Below are positions 24,301-26,809 of a stretch of 26,809 nt of DNA, piece after piece. Numbering within the stretch: the first letter of the stretch is position 1; each line of letters begins with the position of its first letter. The DNA lies in the NCBI GenBank assembly GCA_048941015.1, contig JBHLNZ010000043.1, positions 1 to 26,809 of the forward strand, in the 5' to 3' direction. Origin of the DNA: Promethearchaeota archaeon (GTDB taxonomy: Archaea > Asgardarchaeota > Lokiarchaeia > Sigyniarchaeales > SOKP01). The translations under genes and the position numbers were made by a program. Under the pieces are notes generated by a model. The model had not been told where the DNA came from, ran no database searches, and was given only the letters and a program-made list of their open reading frames with translations.

Positions 24301-26529
24301 TATTGGAATGTAAAAAAATAGACTTGAAAATATAATTGGAAGTATTAATGTGTAATAAGTATTAATAGAGTAAATATACAGAAAATAATATATTAAAAAT
24401 GTCGTAAATAATAGAGAAATCATATTTAACAGAAAGCATGACGATTTAGAGATTAATCTATCCTTAAGAAAAATATTGCTTGATAAGCTAAAAATAATTA
24501 AAGAAGAATATGCGGAAATAATGATATTGTTGATAAGAGGTAATGAACTAAGCAAGTTAAAAAATAAGAAAAATAATAATCCAAAAAATTCTAAAAAGAT
24601 CAAATATGAATTAATATTAGTGAAAATTCTCATTACAGATTCCTTTACTTTTCCTATTTTTAGTCCAAATTTTAATGTAATATGAGAAAATATTGAGAGA
24701 AATAACAAACCTAATAAAATAACTACACTACTATAATAGAAATTAATAACAATAGAAAGAAATATGAAAAATACTAAAAACCAACATGAATAATAGCTAT
24801 ATAATTTACTTTCCCTTACTGAGATTACTCTAATGAGATAATTTATAAAAATGAATATTAAAAAAGAAGTTGGGAATAAAATTAGCAGAGTTGTAACATT
24901 TCCTAGAGAATTTAGGAAACCAAAAGTGAAAAACTGTTTAAAAACAATTAATACATAAGAACTAAATATAATTAAAACGAAATTTAAACTTAAAATTCTC
25001 CGAAAATTTTTCCAAGGTTTTTTGATAAAATAGACAGCATATAAATAATAAAAAGAAACTAAAAGAATACTTAGAATAAAAACAGAATGTAGAATTATAT
25101 TGGAAATTGAGATAAAAAAAGGATCTGTTGTAAATGTGATATAATCAGAAATAACTATCGGGAAGAAAGAATATGCAATAACAAAAAACAAAGAAACGGC
25201 AAGAATGTGTTGAATAATAATTATATTCTCTTTGATGAAATATCCTTTCTTTACAAAGATTTGTAGAATTATGAATAAAAATATGTTAAAAGTAATTATT
25301 TGAATGTTTAAGCTCATTAAATAAATAACGTCTGGTAATATCCAGAATGCTATAGAAGCAAAGATTGCTATACAATTTATTAAAAGAATATACTTACTAT
25401 ATTTTTTTGGACAGTAATCTGCCTTCTGTTCAAATAGAGTTATTATAATAATAATTGGTAATATAAAGAGAATAACTAATGGTTGATTAATTAGGATGGA
25501 GAATAAAATAGTGAAAACTATGAATAAAAAAGAGATTGACGCATTATACTTTTGATATTTAATATCTAATAATTGTTGACTGTCCTCTTCATTAGTTCTC
25601 TCTAATCTCATATAAAATTTTTTAAAATTAATAAGCATATATATTCTAAATTTTAGGTAAAATAACATCAAAATAATTGATAATAATGAAGCTCCGAAAA
25701 GACCTGAATATGAACTACTTAATCCTATAAAATTGTAAATGATAATGATTACGTATGGAATTTGAATCAATAAAACGAAAATTAAACTAAATATAGAAGA
25801 CGCAAACTTGTGTTTATATTCCGCTAAATCTACTAAAAATGGTTTTCCTTCATGGATTGCTTTATCAATCCTTTTTCGAGATTTATTAGTAGATATTAAA
25901 GTATTTAAATAAAAAATGAGATTTGTAATAAGAGCGAAAAGCCATGAATAGCCTGTATAGAATGTATAGGATAAAAAAAATACCTGCCCAACAAAATTTA
26001 AGATAATAATCAAATTATAAAATTGTCTTATTGTTAAATTGAAGCTCATAGCATGCTTAAATTCACTTTTATTAATATCAAAAAAATCAATGGGTTGAAA
26101 GTAATAATAATAATAAACAATATTGTAAAGAATACAAAATGATATCAATGGCAGTAATTCAAATCTGTACCCTTCGGGGGTAACTACTGTAAAAATAGGA
26201 GTAACAATTAAAGATAACAGAGTTATAAAAAACAGGATATGAATTCTAGCAATAGGATTATTTATTTTATTCTTGAAGAAAGGCTCTTTTCTATATTTAT
26301 CGTACGATTTATAGAAAAAGAGTAATGAAAACATAAATGCAAGTATAGTAAATCCAATCGATAAGATTACATCTTTTATAATAAAATTAAATATAAAAAA
26401 CCAGATTACAGAAATAATTGCAGGAACAATTATTAAATAAAAACAAAACCACCATATCTTCCAGAGTAATTCTGTTGCTTTTTCAATTCTTTGCCCTGAT
26501 TTTTGATTCACATGAGATTCCATGTTCAT
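18370..26529 (-). CDS. Giant (2719 aa) polytopic integral membrane protein of unknown function with internal repeats
   Basis: Uninterrupted 8.16-kb ORF made almost entirely of I/L/F-rich hydrophobic segments separated by short K/R-rich loops; no recognisable catalytic domain. Start may be 26523. Confidence 0.85.
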   Translation of the reverse strand: MNMESHVNQKSGQRIEKATELLWKIWWFCFYLIIVPAIISVIWFFIFNFIIKDVILSIGFTILAFMFSLLFFYKSYDKYRKEPFFKNKINNPIARIHILFFITLLSLIVTPIFTVVTPEGYRFELLPLISFCILYNIVYYYYYFQPIDFFDINKSEFKHAMSFNLTIRQFYNLIIILNFVGQVFFLSYTFYTGYSWLFALITNLIFYLNTLISTNKSRKRIDKAIHEGKPFLVDLAEYKHKFASSIFSLIFVLLIQIPYVIIIIYNFIGLSSSYSGLFGASLLSIILMLFYLKFRIYMLINFKKFYMRLERTNEEDSQQLLDIKYQKYNASISFLFIVFTILFSILINQPLVILFILPIIIIITLFEQKADYCPKKYSKYILLINCIAIFASIAFWILPDVIYLMSLNIQIITFNIFLFIILQIFVKKGYFIKENIIIIQHILAVSLFFVIAYSFFPIVISDYITFTTDPFFISISNIILHSVFILSILLVSFYYLYAVYFIKKPWKNFRRILSLNFVLIIFSSYVLIVFKQFFTFGFLNSLGNVTTLLILFPTSFLIFIFINYLIRVISVRESKLYSYYSCWFLVFFIFLSIVINFYYSSVVILLGLLFLSIFSHITLKFGLKIGKVKESVMRIFTNINSYLIFLEFFGLLFFLFFNLLSSLPLINNIIISAYSSLIIFSLSSNIFLKDRLISKSSCFLLNMISLLFTTFLIYYFLYIYSINTYYTLILPIIFSSLFFYIPILYIKNKIKLPKIFKNILIINSLILSISLLLIPTIISLELIKLGISIDIITIINFTLFILYGILGFIYMLVKNFIIKVKNINLFLKIQTIIEFLITGTVIFYYPYRLLTGSFYALLFPSMAASGFLFIPLFFSYKKGFFIPNLVRKILFINTFFIWGCIILIPSVFALEFTKLGFSIDLLIIFIITMLLVLGFLKFLSRISEYIKMKETFLINLKILQIFSWFFICILVFWKLCMYILNTSDLWFKILIIGISCLVFFILNLFNLFQIEDLKQRTFESRKSRFDFYKIYKIFEYNKNLSILGIILSISIILFTLVQPINLTSLLFPVDYNILIVLYNSGLFLLINLLLLIIFKSLIKIEFERLVENIELLLWLTIKIIIISIIALYPLGLSIINHILLTTLIFAILSPITIYFFKQRFVILEISKERLIKITVLIFFISLICIFIEIYWNSLLIHPLFYENQYLILMLILSIIFLLANSYVLRFNEIGEDSSEFKIYQLFLIYFILVLAFSFFLSIFFPLFMVIAYIVILIRRNRNFILRSIAYIVLSFVIYLNLILLIGTLGIFLPFGFYICLLLITISSILFSSIILNIRRINIIEKLSLYSTVSALIFVSILTYYPVIPIFYNTTIACLVFLGLTGNFFYSKRDERYKWFIKPCILLFIFDLISYLSYGVFFKNILFSEYNPILSFTLTLTITGLAFVSVYNKSTPVFRKRSFYLVLPLITIAFPVFVYFFLIAVTSLSIWNPIIFIISLNIAIFLYYLSIGIYQWKISWAIWKVGWRVWIFFPIINFLIIYESISGLDIYTNALTLFGILEINGSFLITLIISVLLSLPFWYTWVKKNFALVLFSVWGLSLFLIYWFCQNIFVESLLLTNFLFSVFAVLLLMPILYKLKFWKLLMIFWIISSLINVTFLFILLEIVQIPFDVNFSLTLFTLGFHFIILSFFPNLKAQKGVILIGSYFVALTGIYLIIFNLINRIILNTPISINLAFMIIGLSLFSSRIFKLNQKIINFLISIILTTSFSLFTFFTFNLIPKNQVLATFIAIAVFGGSFYVFNRFKMITPIKKIIPVVFLSIGVSFSLFFLIFNAFPNFLYIALTLLTAINITFVYSIIRRYRYIMWYLYPIPIALLSLQVFSVFPLFKPIIILTLLGFLAYTVIFQILINIYNKPIEISNQREDNEIKSFFSDKNQIKILNLICFILNSTYFSLIVSLLSVFSILLRIFEFLIIWSILILFSLRYIKTSGVEIDIKNLETKINKINSFIGITLYFEIFYVTFGLIVEVISLDLIESILTSCCILFILTLFDIYIAKRVNKKLIIPIHLIIFAVLQLNLLLFWLNLFLSLYFFNIFSVMLITIIETVLIFYHIYSIKNQYSDRININVINRIFSILIFVVYLEITIFFYGFLNLYFGIFESFLGSQIILLCISSLEIVLVKKLPNKYMLLVHFISYFNFTWALLMILLQFSLLNLILYNSSFILFILLQFYTNYTYYKIRTKFKTEKEVIFKKWMTYRKRIIGIAFYISLLNLISQLLIQTNIEAQLILLTLSITIHILMLIDKKVVKFLGKISNYFVIFSLLFILGFSVLYFMSWISLFSTPIIPIIILLLLFELTYLFKMLEFWKSVEVRKMMIKKVLIIIFYLDIIMWPLYYLSYSLLNNLHLFLFSSGLVLLFSLVDYSVKAIKNDFRKKILSYSLIIFGVLLSIDTFFVLEYNFPNLMLNSSISSLIFTIFMGVLLKPFKRHRLISFLYWALIFLLLSFIFYFFSTSNWSWSFLIIGILIYPFIFMLEDLKELINHFMDYLNALYIKLKNAIISAYYTLINFLEANFKYIRIIICMALGIFTGILFSDIMLGLLHSYYPYLLAVAVFGIFFGLIPSKRAKEPDEIFEEKMKRFITAWLGMTGFIFALILPYIKSVLYQFVLILPPILGLGAITLIFIYRKEKKEKISIKWRFYTTFISITLFIIWIIVLIVWYFFEVRI

Positions 26530-26743
26530 ACATAAGTATATCTACTTAAAAAAATGTTATGCAATTTTCTCAGAATTTTCAGCAGCAAATTTAGGAAAAA
26601 TACTAGTAAAAAAACTATTTTAGTGGTAAAATTTATAATTCACTAGTAATAATAAAAGAGCTAGATAAAATAATATATAGAAAAGAAGAGATAATTATGA
26701 TTTAATTACTCAACTGAATTGAATACTCAATTAAAAATTGTTA

Positions 26744-26809
26744 TTATTTAAACTTTGGTAAATAATCCTTCTGAAGTTCCACCATTTTACTAAAGATATT
26801 TTCAGCCAT
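26744..26809 (-). CDS. 3' end of an upstream gene (partial); possibly a family 4 glycoside hydrolase C-terminus
   Basis: ...MAENIFSKMVELQKDYLPKFK followed by tandem TAA TAA. Resembles the 'A..i..e...ah..yLP.F' tail of GH4 enzymes, but only 21 residues are visible. Confidence 0.35.
   Translation of the reverse strand: MAENIFSKMVELQKDYLPKFK

Noticed and set aside
2126-24685. Short ORF-track entries overlapping longer genes (2126-2401, 3371-3553, 4459-4734, 6724-6936, 11577-11774, 12635-12865, 13934-14128, 14901-15122, 17161-17382, 17500-17706, 17564-17773, 20531-20737, 21887-22075, 23594-23905, 24059-24298, 24476-24685)
   Set aside because: Antisense or alternate-frame shadows of well-supported genes, with no recognisable motifs.
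18370-26529. Calling the giant membrane protein a Piezo homolog
   Set aside because: There is no large extracellular cap domain between the last two TMs and no PFEW-type motif. Only the repeat architecture is analogous.

Overview
AT-rich archaeal chromosomal window, most likely from an Asgard archaeon (Lokiarchaeia-like). This is inferred from a Rab-like small GTPase beside a proteasome alpha subunit, tandem acyl-CoA ligases, an FN3-like surface domain and GGTGA/GAG-type ribosome-binding sites. Gene order: partial helical-repeat/coiled-coil protein (missing from the ORF track); small winged-helix protein; UPF0182 membrane protein; psmA; Rab-like GTPase; sirtuin; Cys/His membrane protein; two 570-aa acyl-CoA ligase paralogs; catalytically dead RadA paralog; unannotated 37-aa Lys/Ala/Pro microprotein; DUF3795 protein; degenerate amidohydrolase; arCOG07300-like protein plus PolB2; 56-aa orphan ORF; 2719-aa polytopic membrane protein; 3' end of a further gene. 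Three candidates stand out. (1) A split mutasome-like module in which the dead RadA keeps its polymerisation motif and, like PolB2, ends in a PCNA-binding PIP box. (2) A stand-alone histone-H1-tail-like peptide gene with its own promoter. (3) A giant membrane protein containing about 120-130-aa multi-TM repeats. No RNA genes, CRISPR arrays or mobile elements were recognised. All calls rest on motif recognition by eye, without database searches.
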